DNA of 63,609 nt, the filler included, from Licmophora abbreviata (Eukaryota): NCBI GenBank assembly GCA_900291995.1. It is 10 parts of 10 records of this genome, joined end to end, with 100 filler letters (N's around TTAATTAATTAA, not from the genome) between each part and the next. Parts side by side here need not be neighbours in the genome. Positions count along the whole stretch, not along the records: positions 20,194 to 26,637 come from OLMU01000041.1; positions 26,738 to 28,358 come from OLMU01000043.1; positions 28,459 to 30,333 come from OLMU01000044.1; positions 30,434 to 31,741 come from OLMU01000046.1; positions 31,842 to 42,495 come from OLMU01000047.1; 5 more parts are not named here. One strand, written 5' to 3'. Each line of letters opens with the position of its first letter. Within the stretch, counting starts at the first letter, position 1. Below, one piece after another: positions 24,401 through 35,708 of this stretch. The position numbers and the translations under genes are program-made. The notes below the pieces were generated by a model. That model made no database searches. It saw only the letters and a list, made by a program, of their open reading frames with translations, and was not told the DNA's origin.

Positions 24401-27400
24401 ACGGTTTTGGTGGTTTCAGACGCCTCTTCGACATTTCGATGGCGAACTGAAAAGCAACGTTTTCGCTGCTTTGGAGAGCAGAAAAGTTGGTGCCAAGAAG
24501 GGTTACGATGCGTTCGAGGCGGCACTTTCCTTACTAGATATGGAGCCCGAAGAAGTTGGTCAGCTGTGTCATTGGTCACGAGGTGGGGGGCAAATACAGC
24601 GTTACATTAGAATGCTACCTCGCCTCGACATCGATTGTCGCGTGCAACCTGTTACGACAAGCGTTCTCAAGTTTCATATCACGCTTCATCCAATGTTCCA
24701 ATGGCAGACACGCTGGCACGGAGGCGCCGAGGCCTTTTGGTTATGGGTGGAAGATGGCGAGAGCACCCGAATGTACGTAGTCTCATATTGTTTCTCGCAT
24801 TGAGTTTTCTGCTTTACTCACGAGCCGTTGTGTCATGTTGGCTCCCACATAGATACCACCACGAATTTATCATCTTCTCTCGCCGAACGCACCCGGAAAC
24901 AATCACTCTCGACCTTGCTATTCCCGCCTTCGAACCGCTACCCAAGCAGTACTTTGTGCGAGTGGTGTCGGATTCGTGGGTGGGGGTAGAGATGCTTTTA
25001 CCCGTGTCATTCCGAGACGTCGTGATGCCAGAACAGACGACACCATTTACGGATGTATTGGATCTTACACCGCTACCTACGTCCGCTCTTCAAGATGACA
25101 AGTATGAGCAACTGTATGCGTCGAAGTTTAGCAACTTCAATCCGATTCAGACCCAATTGTTTCATTTGCTATATCACACTGACTCGCCGGTCCTGCTTGG
25201 TGCACCTACTGGTTCTGGCAAGACAGTTGTGGCTGAACTTGCTCTGCTAGTACGTAGTAGCAGAATTGTTCACGCCACACCAGTGATCTCACTAACGAAA
25301 TGCCATGCTCTTTTAATCTACGGTATTCGCAGAGGATGAAACTTGTTCATCACGACGGCATCTGCGTGTACATAGCCCCGTTGAAATCTCTTGCGCGAGA
25401 ACGCCTCAAGGAATGGACTCATCGCCTGGGCGGGCCACCGTTGAACTGGAAGGTTTTGGAGCTTTCAGGAGACACACACCATGACCAGAAGGCACTCAGC
25501 AATGCGGACGTGTTGATCTGTACTCCAGAAAAGTACGATCTGATTTCTCGTGGCTGGAGAGGCAGCGACACCCCCGTCACCGGAAGTAATGCGTCAAACG
25601 GTAGGACCTTCATCAAGAGGGTGCGCCTACTCGTCATCGATGAGATTCATCTGCTGGGCGACGAACGCGGGGCGGTGCTGGAGGCCATTGTCAGTCGCAC
25701 AAGGTTCATTTCGAAGGAATTGGAGGACGCGAAGAGGGCCGCTTCAGACGCAGGCGCTAGTCCACACGACCTTGTTCGAATCGTGGGACTGTCGACGGCT
25801 CTGGCCAACCCTTTCGATTTGGCGGACTGGCTTGGTATTAGAAACAAACGGCATGGCGCTGGCAGCTTGCCTGGGTTGTACAACTTTCGTCCCTCTGTGC
25901 GGCCCGTACCGATGAAGGTACATATACAGGGCTACGCAGGTCGGCACTATTGCCCGAGGTAAGCTTATCCTCTCAGCAGTTTGTTTTTGTTGGTCCTGCA
26001 CGCATGTATTGCGTTTCTCATTTGTGGAACTACTCGCTTTCAGAATGGCGACCATGAACAAGCCATGCTATGCTGCCATCAAAGATCATTCACCGAACAA
26101 GCCCACGTTGATATTTGTCGGTCCAGGAGGCAGACGCGACAAACTGCGTTAGACATAATTAGCTACGCAGCGGCCGATGACAATCCAAGAGCTTTCTTGC
26201 GGTGCAGCGAAGATTATATTGAGACCACCGCAGAAAGGATACAAGACGAAGCGCTGCGACACACGATTACTTTTGGTATCGGGCTTCACCATGCAGGTCT
26301 TTCGGTGGGTGATCGAGAACTGTAAGTTGATGTCCGTGTCATTTGAATATGTACTTATGTGAACTTAAAGCCAAAAGATGATGCATGTTCTTGCTCTCCT
26401 GCAGAGTCGAGAAAATGTACGTAGAGGGGAAGATCATGGTGCTTGTGGCCACAGGTAAGTCGACGATACGTGGGGTCATCGTTGTCATATTATCTGTAGT
26501 CTCATCGAGTTGTCGCTTAAATTCAAAGCGACTCTTGCGTGGGGAGTCAATCTTCCTGCGCACTTTGTAATTGTCAAAGGCACCGAGTACTTTGACGGGA
26601 AGACATCACGTTATGTTGACTATCCGCTGACTGATGTNNNNNNNNNNNNNNNNNNNNNNNNNNNNNNNNNNNNNNNNNNNNTTAATTAATTAANNNNNNN
26701 NNNNNNNNNNNNNNNNNNNNNNNNNNNNNNNNNNNNNGATGGCAAGCATCGAAGAGAGTGATGATGCCCAGGCCTCAGTTACAAATCAGCATTCTGTCGG
26801 GCTGAAGCCTCTGAAACGCTCGGTGCGAACTGACGAAGTTTCGGTAGCTTGGATATTGTATTCGTTGGCATCGACACATGAATTTGACGAGCTTCCAGTG
26901 CGCCACAATGAAGAGCACCTGAACGCAGAGCTAAGCGAGAATCTCATGTGGGGTGCCGACACATCGAGCTTGATGGCTGGTGGCAATCGCGACGGGGCGG
27001 TGTACCACAGAATGGACATCATGGCAGATCCGCACACAAAGTAAGTTGACTGAAATTTCTATTTCTGAAAGACACTAAAATGCACAATGTCTAACTTCAA
27101 CGGCAATCTATTTTATCCAAAAGGTGCTTTCTTTTGCTTCAGGCATATCTGGAACACGCCAAGTTGCCGATAAGTGACTATATCAACGACACAAAAACGG
27201 TCCTTGACCAGATTCCTCGTCTTTTAGCCGCCATGAAGTTCATCGCCATGGAAGAAACGACGGCAGCAGGCAGTTTTGAACTCATGTGTCAGTTCTCTCG
27301 AGTCAGACAAGCTTTCGAAACAAGGAGTATGGTACGTCGCCCGTTGTTTCAGGCGTGATGTTTCGCATCAACCTACGAACCCGGACGCTCACACATGACC

Positions 27401-27987
27401 TGCATCATGATATCCAGGTTGATGCCGACCCCCTCCTGCAACTACCTGGCTTTTCCAATGAACTCTTGAGGCGTTGGAAGAACGGTCACAAGGAGATTTC
27501 TTCATTATGGGAGCTCCGACGCATGCCCCGTGATCAGTTGAACGCTCTCATGAAAGACCTTTCGCGCAACTCAGATACGAATCGTTTGATAAGTGCGATC
27601 CAAGGTGTTCCTATGTGCTCTGTTGACAATATCAGCGTGTCGCATCAAGTCGACAAGACGACGAATATAACAGTGGGAGTCCTCAAGTTGTCATTATCCA
27701 TGGAGAATGCACAGGGGCGCTCTAGTAGGACCAAGAGGCCGTCGAGTCTCGAGAATTCACCCATGTCGCTCTCGCTAGTATTGGGCAGCTCCCAGCGCCG
27801 GGTGCTCTTGTCGCACAGGACTCTGATCATCCCCAGGCGAAAATCAACCCAAAAAGATGTCGAATTGACTTTCGATTGGAAGACAGCGAACGCTGACGGA
27901 GGCGAAGGAGGCGGAACAATGGTGTTGAGGCTTCTGCATGAAGAGATCCGTGGTCTGGATTCGGAAATTGTAGTATCGTTGCGCTAA
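21413..27987 (+). CDS. ASCC3: ASCC3/Slh1 tandem Ski2-like DExH helicase with Sec63 domains; multi-exon, interrupted by an assembly gap
   Basis: Two cassettes: [19 protein letters not shown] and [12 protein letters not shown], plus [12 protein letters not shown] and ELPVRHNE. Introns include 22427-22487, 25959-26043, 26322-26404, 26455-26528, 27041-27123, 27332-27417. Apparent 1-nt frameshift near 26120. Confidence 0.88.
26638..26737. other. Artificial spacer/gap inside the ASCC3 gene
   Basis: 44N-TTAATTAATTAA-44N. Confidence 0.97.
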
Positions 27988-28358
27988 CACGAATAGAGCC
28001 ATCTTAGTAGTCTATGAAGACACAATGGCGGGAAACGCTGTTCAAAATTAGGAACGCGCTGCGTGGGGGCGGCGTTTCTGATGTCTGTCCATCGCATGTT
28101 GAAGAGGTATCCATTACCAGTAGAGTACGAATAGTCACGTACGTATGTACACAATTACTGATTCCTATGTAGAAGCACATTCCCATCGCTCCCTCCTTCT
28201 CTTCAAAATGTAATCGCTTTGAAGATTCGGTACTATTGCGCTGAGAATTCACATGCGTCAGCCTTTCTTTGCTTCACAGCCAGTCAGATCACGATGTGAT
28301 AGACACTGGCACATCACAACGCCTTCGTTCGCATCATAAATATACATCGCTGATCACA

Positions 28359-28458
28359 NNNNNNNNNNNNNNNNNNNNNNNNNNNNNNNNNNNNNNNNNN
28401 NNTTAATTAATTAANNNNNNNNNNNNNNNNNNNNNNNNNNNNNNNNNNNNNNNNNNNN
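28359..28458. other. Artificial spacer/gap
   Basis: 44N-TTAATTAATTAA-44N. Confidence 0.97.
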
Positions 28459-29233
28459 ACCCTTCTAGTAGTCCCTGGCCTTGCCGTGAGCGCTTTTCAG
28501 CAATCAAGTACCGTGTCGACGAGACGGAGATTGGATAAAGCCTTTGTTCCTCGAGGCGCCGTAGTGGAAGAGGCACCGACACAAAATTTGCCCACACTAT
28601 CTGACCTTCCGCCAGTGCTTCAGGATATTGTCGATGAGCGAAAGGAGTTTCAACTAAATCTGGGGAAGGCTATGGACACATTGAGAAAAGACTACCCCTA
28701 CATACTTCAGAAGATGCCGGGTAAGTTGATTCATGGTGACAGTCGAATCTTGTTGGTGGTCACCGTGAATCTTACCTCGTTTCCTCTTTGAATCTTGTAC
28801 AGATTTCAGCATCTACCATGATTCCATCAACGTCGTTGATCCGTCCGATGTGCAGTTATCTGGATTGAAGAATTACAAGAACGCCTTTCTTGTGTTTCAG
28901 ACACTGATTCGATTCTTGTACTCGAAGGAACGCTCGGGACTGCAGTACCGCATGGTGTATGACTTTTGTCGCTCGTCCATTCGCATCTCGTGGAATGCTG
29001 TCTTGACTCCCAAAATTGGAGTACGCCCCATGTATATCGACGGAATTTCGATGTACAAGCTGGATCCAGTGTCTGGGAAGATTGTCGAGCATCGAATTGA
29101 GAATTTGGTCATCAACAACACTCCTGTCGCACCGCCGTATGGAATCTTCTCATTACTGAGAGAAGAAATCAAGCCTCTGGGTGTACCTGTGGGAGTGGGT
29201 GGACTCTGTGCAAGTGACAAGGCTCTTTGTTGA
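28459..29233 (+). CDS. DUF2358 (NTF2-like) plastid-targeted protein, 5' truncated, 2 exons
   Basis: LAVSAF presequence remnant. LGKAMDTLRKDYP..DFSIYHDSI.VVDP, YIDGISMYKLD..GKIVEHRIEN. Intron at ~28720-28802. Confidence 0.7.
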
Positions 29234-29391
29234 AAAGGGCTTAATCTTGAAAGGCACGACCGAAAGTCAACTGGATTTTGCATCGACGAGACATGCTTCT
29301 TCCAGTAGTAGCTGTTCACGAAGAAACAACGATAGATTTTGTATTCTGTACGTATGTTACACCAATTTATACAGTGTGTTCCGGTATCCAG

Positions 29392-30333
29392 CTAGACTGA
29401 CGATCCGAACTCCGCGACGCCTTCTCCTCCCCGATTGGATGGATGCGAGAAGAAACAGTCTAGTCGAGTACAGGATACACCAAACTTGCATGGCTTGCGC
29501 TTGAGACGCCGTCTTTGTTTCTTTTGAGACGCATGACCTCCTCCCCACTTGAGTACGGACGGTGCTGCCTTGGGCTTGGAATCGTGCAGGGGTCGGTCTA
29601 GAGACTCGCCAACTTCCGTTGAAAGCCTCCGCGAAACTCCGTTTTCCGTGTATTCGACAGCATCTGCGGGGACCGTAATGCCCTCCTTCACGCACAGGGG
29701 ACACCGAACCAGAAGTTGGTTCGTTTCTTTCTTTTTGGACATACATTCATCGCACATCAGCACTGGTACACCGCAAGTCAGGCACTTCTTCTTTCCCACA
29801 TACCGATCCCAGGGTGAGTCGCAGATGCAGCACGTGGTGCCTACGGGATGGCTCGCACTATCCGCACCCGACTTTTCCCGCTTTCGCACGACACCCCCGT
29901 CGCCTTGTCGGTTGTCGGCACTAATAGCTTCTCGCTTATCAAATACGAAATTTTTACCCCGCCAGTGCCCGCCGTCGGGAAAGGACTGCAAGTACCTTTC
30001 GACGCCACCTTGCAACTGAAACACGCCCTTGAGCTGGGGTCCCATTTGCTGATTCAGATATGCCGACGCACGTTCGCATCGCACACCTCCCGTACAGAAC
30101 ATAAGCACAGTTTTATCTTTCAGCTTTTCCTGAGTGTCTGGTCTCGACAGAAACTTGGGCCAGTCGGTCGACTTGCGCATGAGCGGATCAATGTACTCGG
30201 CTCCTCCGTGCTTCTGCTGTCCATCGAATCGTCCAATGGCCGCCTCGTAATGATTTCGGACATCAATCACGACAGTATCCCCAGAGTCTGCCTGTAGCTT
30301 TTCATGAAACTCCTTTGGGTCTAAATGCATGCC
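29392..30333 (-). CDS. TrhO/YceA (UPF0176, TSTD2)-like rhodanese-domain protein, 5' truncated
   Basis: IDVRNHYEAAIGRF, MFCTGGVRCERAS, QLQGGVERY, GKNFVFDKR, a Cys-rich tail and a terminal CCCH motif. Confidence 0.85.
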   Translation of the reverse strand, partial: GMHLDPKEFHEKLQADSGDTVVIDVRNHYEAAIGRFDGQQKHGGAEYIDPLMRKSTDWPKFLSRPDTQEKLKDKTVLMFCTGGVRCERASAYLNQQMGPQLKGVFQLQGGVERYLQSFPDGGHWRGKNFVFDKREAISADNRQGDGGVVRKREKSGADSASHPVGTTCCICDSPWDRYVGKKKCLTCGVPVLMCDECMSKKKETNQLLVRCPLCVKEGITVPADAVEYTENGVSRRLSTEVGESLDRPLHDSKPKAAPSVLKWGGGHASQKKQRRRLKRKPCKFGVSCTRLDCFFSHPSNRGGEGVAEFGSSV

Positions 30334-30433
30334 NNNNNNNNNNNNNNNNNNNNNNNNNNNNNNNNNNNNNNNNNNNNTTAATTAATTAANNNNNNNNNNN
30401 NNNNNNNNNNNNNNNNNNNNNNNNNNNNNNNNN
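30334..30433. other. Artificial spacer/gap
   Basis: 44N-TTAATTAATTAA-44N. Confidence 0.97.
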
Positions 30434-31192
30434 AAAACGTCTCTATTGGAAAGCGAGCGTCTCCTACAAGAAGCCCGACTCGCTGCCATGGGCATGGTGG
30501 CCCTTGCCGAAATTGAGAATTCGCCCGAGAAGATTCGAAACGCCCAGTTGCGCATGGAACGGGAAATTCGCCCCCTGCAGCAAGAAATTACGTCTGCTTT
30601 GAAGCTGTTTGGGGATGTCGCCTACCATGCACCCTCGACCGATCTCGAGGCGAATGCCATCCCACCCCCACCGTTTTTGACTACCCCGCGTACATCGATG
30701 GACACACAGCAGCTGATTGCGTATTCGGATGAGCTCCTTCAGGAATCTCAAGCGTACGTGGAGAATGAAGTGTATCATGCAGACACACACTCGTCCTTCT
30801 CACCTGTAGTTGCGCTTTTCTTCTCTTGTTTCCTTTTTCCAGTCTTTGCGAAGCGAGCGAGCATATTGGGAATAGCACTCTGCAGCGCATGAGCAGTCAG
30901 CGTGAACAGCTTCAGTCGGCCTCGCAGAGCTTGGATCGCACGACGGATCTGACGATGCGTGCCAAGCAGATTCTCGTCGATATGTAAGTTGGGGATGTAC
31001 CGATCGATCTGCACGTGTTGCAATGAAGTCAGGGTCTTCTCAAACAAAGTGCCGCTCTTCGCCCTTTCTGTTGCTGCTTGTCATCGCAGGCGCAACAAGG
31101 GACTTCGTCACAAGGCAGTGTTGTATATTGCGATTACTCTCCTGGTCTTGGCCAATGGATACGCTGTCTATTGGCTCTTTGCCAAGAAATAA
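30434..31192 (+). CDS. Qb-SNARE (VTI1-like), 5' truncated, 3 exons visible
   Basis: Spliced: LLQESQALCEASEHIGNSTLQRMSSQREQL..AKQILVDMRNKGLRHKAVL plus C-terminal TM. Introns at ~30754-30842 and ~30984-31089. Confidence 0.75.
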
Positions 31193-31741
31193 ACTGGAAC
31201 ATGGGGAAAAATTGAATGGCGCACCCGAAGGATTGATTATCGGGTTGGAGTTTAATCCTCGGAGGGCGCGTACACGGCAACGAATAACAACAAGTGCGGT
31301 AATTGGGAAACAAATCAAGGGGAATGGTACATGAATGAAAACAAAAGTAGGTGAACTAGGAGATGATCGAAATAGAACGACCGTGATGATCGACAAGACG
31401 AACGCAAGCAGAACTTATATTCACATTTTCTAAGTATTACATAGTCTTATGGGGTTTACTTTTTAACAGCAAGAAAACAGTGATACTGAATCAGGAGCGT
31501 CGACCGGCGACGACAAGGCATCATTGTTTTTTGACGGAAGCTTGAACCCGTTACCTGTGTTACCTAGCGGTACAAGTAAGTATTGACTTAAAGCAACGCC
31601 GTTCAGAGTACATCCAGGCGCGGTGTCGCGCCGTCGCGCGGCGAGGCGATATGACGAGGAGAGATGAGAGACGCAAAAGGCGTATGATAGCTATCCTTTA
31701 TGCGGCGGAAGGCGGCGGTGTTGTTGTAGGTTGTCGTCGAG

Positions 31742-31841
31742 NNNNNNNNNNNNNNNNNNNNNNNNNNNNNNNNNNNNNNNNNNNNTTAATTAATTAANNN
31801 NNNNNNNNNNNNNNNNNNNNNNNNNNNNNNNNNNNNNNNNN
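31742..31841. other. Artificial spacer/gap
   Basis: 44N-TTAATTAATTAA-44N. Confidence 0.97.
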
Positions 31842-32291
31842 CAGTTTGAAGTCGAGCAGTTGACGGGCATCGAGGTGAATACGGAGGAGAACGCAAAAGC
31901 GGCGTGCCTAATTCTGCATGCGCTAGGACCGTCACTGGTATTCATCACCAGCATGGTTTTAAGAGATGAGGACGACACGATTGCCATTGTGGCTTCCCAA
32001 AAGAAAGAAAACGGAGCTTTCGAAGTTTGGCGAATAGATTCTCCTGTTCTCCCAGGCAGATTCACTGGTACGGGAGACTTATGTACGGCCCTCTTGTTAG
32101 GACACACCGCGAGAGATCCAGACAACCTGGCGAACTGCATGGAAAAGGTCATTAGCACCATGTATTCCATCATAAAACGAACTGGTGAGTCGTCCTCGCC
32201 CACTTGTACGGCGTCGCAGGAGCTCAAACTCATCCAAAGCAAACATGACATTGAAGACCCACCGAGTACATTTCGAGCATACAAAATATGA
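31842..32291 (+). CDS. pdxK: Pyridoxal kinase, C-terminal fragment
   Basis: QFEVEQLTG, FTGTGDL, ELKLIQSKHDIEDP. Confidence 0.88.
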   Translation, partial: QFEVEQLTGIEVNTEENAKAACLILHALGPSLVFITSMVLRDEDDTIAIVASQKKENGAFEVWRIDSPVLPGRFTGTGDLCTALLLGHTARDPDNLANCMEKVISTMYSIIKRTGESSSPTCTASQELKLIQSKHDIEDPPSTFRAYKI

Positions 32292-32355
32292 GACTAAATT
32301 AAATTTTACCCTCCTGGCTATGTCAGTTTCACTGCTGGGTCTCTAATTTGACACT

Positions 32356-33681
32356 TTATTCTTCGTCAAGACCCGCGTCCAGCCTTGCCTGGAGTTCACG
32401 TGCCAAGTCACTATCACTGCGCTCCCTCGCTCGTCGCTTGGGCGGTGATGAAACTGACGCAGGCATGCTCAGCAAGAGAGGATCGACCTCAGCGAGCTTG
32501 TAGGGTGTGGGTTTAGTCAACTGAATAGCCTGTGTCATCTGCTGGTCAGCTGATACCTTCTGGGGGACGCCTTCGAAGTAGACATTCGAGTTGTCGTCCT
32601 CCCAAGTCTTGAGGACTAGTCCCATATGACTCTGAAGGTCCGTCAAGTCTTTCGATAGGGGTCGCAACCCACCAGTGAGTTCAGGCATACCTGAGGCGGC
32701 GGGATGCGAACGGGTTTTCAAGGCCACAGTCGCTTCGCTCAGAATGGCAATCGCCAAGCCGTACTTGGTATCCTTCTCCCACAAGTGACGTGCATAGAAG
32801 TACGACGCGAGCGACTTGTGCAACTGCGTCTGAAAGGTAATGAGCGAGAAGAAATCCTTGTCCATTCGAGACATTTGTTCAAACGCTTCCTTTCGAAAGG
32901 TCGATATGAACGCCTCGAGCCGCTCGACAATGCCGCGTGACAACTTGCCTAGAAGCGAGTAATTTGGAGTTCCTGGTTTGATCAATACAGTGGCGACTGC
33001 CATTTGCTGTCCATTTGCCAAGAAAAGCTCCGAGAATGCCTTGCAGGCACCAACAGTCGCTTCAATCGGGAGTTCTTCTTCATCCACATTGCTGCCTCGC
33101 GCAATCCACTGAGGCAGCTGATCCTCCGCAAGACTTTGAAAAATTCCAGCGGCACACGCATAGTCTCGACTTGTCATACTGAACTCTCCCGCAAGACTCG
33201 CCTCCGTCGCCGCTCCTGCCTTACCGAGTCCCTCACAGGCAATGCACATGACAAGATCGTACATGAGCGCTTCCGAAGCGAAAAACCTGGCGTTCTTGCG
33301 ATCGCTCCGCTGTTGTTCAATGCCGGACGCCCATTCAAATACAAGCCGTTCATCAAGCCGGGCCATTTCTGGCTGGACCTTGCACGTCAGCAAAATCTGA
33401 TGAATCAAGGGAATGTATTTTTTGCTTTCAACGACAACGCGTTCATGTGAAGTAACCTTGGTCTTGAGAGCATCCGTCAAAGATGAACGCGCCGCTTCGG
33501 CCTTTTGCAGCACGGCCCGAGTCTTGGGATCTCGTCCGACGGTAGCAAAGGACCTCACGAAATTAACGGTACGGGAAGGAAACGGTAGAGGGACACGAAA
33601 TCGATGGACAGCCGATGCCAGACGAATACACGAGTCGGGATGGTTCAAATCGGGGGGCTTATGCTCGAATTCGTCCGCCAT
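32356..33681 (-). CDS. BRO1-domain protein (BROX-like)
   Basis: LVFEWASG, AAGIFQSL, LFLANGQQM, YGLAIAIL, DNSNVYFEGVP. Confidence 0.78.
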   Translation of the reverse strand: MADEFEHKPPDLNHPDSCIRLASAVHRFRVPLPFPSRTVNFVRSFATVGRDPKTRAVLQKAEAARSSLTDALKTKVTSHERVVVESKKYIPLIHQILLTCKVQPEMARLDERLVFEWASGIEQQRSDRKNARFFASEALMYDLVMCIACEGLGKAGAATEASLAGEFSMTSRDYACAAGIFQSLAEDQLPQWIARGSNVDEEELPIEATVGACKAFSELFLANGQQMAVATVLIKPGTPNYSLLGKLSRGIVERLEAFISTFRKEAFEQMSRMDKDFFSLITFQTQLHKSLASYFYARHLWEKDTKYGLAIAILSEATVALKTRSHPAASGMPELTGGLRPLSKDLTDLQSHMGLVLKTWEDDNSNVYFEGVPQKVSADQQMTQAIQLTKPTPYKLAEVDPLLLSMPASVSSPPKRRARERSDSDLARELQARLDAGLDEE

Positions 33682-34096
33682 GGTTACACAACGATCGGGT
33701 GAAACGCGTTTGCTGATGTGAAGGAGGTCGACTTCGAACTTCTTGTGAGGAATTTGATCCAGATTCGATCGATGTCGCGAACTCGCGCGAGGGTCTCACC
33801 GTCGGCCGTCAACATGTGAAAGAACGGCAACCGGCGGCATCACAAAATACAGAGGCAGTGATAGAGGTGCAATGATGCGGTCGATACAGTGCCGGAACGA
33901 TCGGACGAACAGAAGAGTTGATGATCTGTCTTGAAACGATTGAACCTAGCTGAGACACAGTCATCCCATGCGTCGCCTTTTGTCAATTACAACCTGCAGA
34001 CAGATAGCTACTTGTTGACTCTCGACTGTCGTTTCCAAACATCCATACTTGCAATACAGCAAGCAATTTTCTCCCCGTAAGCTCTGTTGTGACAAA

Positions 34097-35224
34097 CTAA
34101 ACCAGTGGAGTTGTAACGTCGGGTCCGGCGACCTCTTCTCCTCCCGCACTCGAACCACTGCTACTAAACGGATTCAACCGTGCCCACGACTGCAAATACT
34201 CTCGTTTGCAAGACCCAGACAGCTCCATGGGATCGACCGTCGTTGCATTGTCATCGGCATAGAACTTGGCAATGGCCTGCCGCACCGATCTGGCGCGCTC
34301 TGGATCCAAATCATGCAACATTTGTTTCTTGACCTGTATCGCATCACGCAGCAAGAGCATTTCCTGCAAGCCGGCTAATGGCACAAGGACTTTGCGAAAG
34401 AGCTTGTCGGCACCTTGAAACATGGGCAGCATGAGGTAGACTGTAGACAGAATAATGAGCGTGTAAAAGCCTGGAATCTTCCCAAGAAAGGTTTCCAACA
34501 CCTGCATAATGAGAAACAGGCACCCGTAGACACTCCAGTAGGTCAACCAGTACGTGTCGTCGGCCACGTCTTCGGTCGACGCGGCAACAATACTCGACAC
34601 AAGCGGATAGAACGTTCCAATGGCAACTGCAACAATACGCTTAAGTCCGGCTGGCAAAAACAGGAAAATGATCCAAACTACCCATAGATGAGCTGCGTTC
34701 ATCATCATTTGGTAGAGAGCCGCAATCATGTTCGTCATCTGGACCGCTAGAGGTTTGACACGTGGTCCGATGTAGGGCACCGTAATGTGGGTATAGATGA
34801 GTTCTTGGCCGTTGGTCAAGGGAAAGTACAGCCAAACAAAGAAGAAGGAGGAAACTTCATACCAGTAGACAGCACTGTGTTCGGACAAGGCATGTCCTAC
34901 CCATTCCGTACACATGAAGAGAACACCACCGACCATCCAGTACTGCAGCCAAGCCTTGTCGTCGTCTTCGAGCGGAGTGCACACAGCACGGACGCCCTCG
35001 TAAATTGGAAAGACTGTCCCCATGAGAATTGTCGTGAGAGGCGTAAAGACATACTTGGCAATGGACGATGGCAGCAAAAGACAAATCAAAAGCAGAGTCG
35101 CAAGTGTGACGGCGTGAGGAATCCAGCGGCTCCCAGATATGCTCTTAGGACCAGCATGGTAAGCCACAGCGACGGCTGTCAAGACTAAAAGCGAGCAGAG
35201 CAGCTGAATGACCCAGTCTGGCAT
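34097..35224 (-). CDS. Tandem TB2/DP1/HVA22 (REEP/Yop1-like) ER-shaping membrane protein
   Basis: Two copies: GTVFPIYEGVRA..DDDKAWLQYW..FVWLYFP and GTFYPLVSSIVA..DDTYWLTYW..VYLMLPMFQGA. Confidence 0.85.
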   Translation of the reverse strand: MPDWVIQLLCSLLVLTAVAVAYHAGPKSISGSRWIPHAVTLATLLLICLLLPSSIAKYVFTPLTTILMGTVFPIYEGVRAVCTPLEDDDKAWLQYWMVGGVLFMCTEWVGHALSEHSAVYWYEVSSFFFVWLYFPLTNGQELIYTHITVPYIGPRVKPLAVQMTNMIAALYQMMMNAAHLWVVWIIFLFLPAGLKRIVAVAIGTFYPLVSSIVAASTEDVADDTYWLTYWSVYGCLFLIMQVLETFLGKIPGFYTLIILSTVYLMLPMFQGADKLFRKVLVPLAGLQEMLLLRDAIQVKKQMLHDLDPERARSVRQAIAKFYADDNATTVDPMELSGSCKREYLQSWARLNPFSSSGSSAGGEEVAGPDVTTPLV

Positions 35225-35708
35225 TGTGTTGATTTCGTTCTTCAATCTGAGACGAGCCGGTCCCGAGTTTCATTGTGGCGACGAGGTGAAAAAAAGAACG
35301 CGAACAAAAGATCTTCTGAGTTGGATCTTTCGAGCATTCATATCTAATCAGCAATTAATATAGAATTCAGAAAACAGTTCCGCATGGGAATTCCACGACA
35401 ACTCTACCAAAAAGATAGCCTGATGCATACTACAAACAGATTTCACGTGGCTACTAGTCCTTGCACAGATGCTTATGTATCATACGTCGTAAATACGTCG
35501 TAAGACCCAACGGCAGCACTTCAGTCTTTCGATCGAGCAGTGTGCTCGACTTTTGAAACGTATTTACGCGTGCGACCGTAGTACGGGGCACGTCACTGGC
35601 TGAAAAACAACAAGGCTTGCTCCACCTCTTATTGCGGAGGTCTTGACAGGGGTGGCACCAGCCGCGGATATGGAATTGAAAAAGTGTGCTCACCAACTAC
35701 ATGGAATC

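Noticed and set aside
31400..31741. GC-rich stretch before a gap, possible gene end or ncRNA
   Set aside because: No convincing ORF, splice pattern or recognisable RNA structure.
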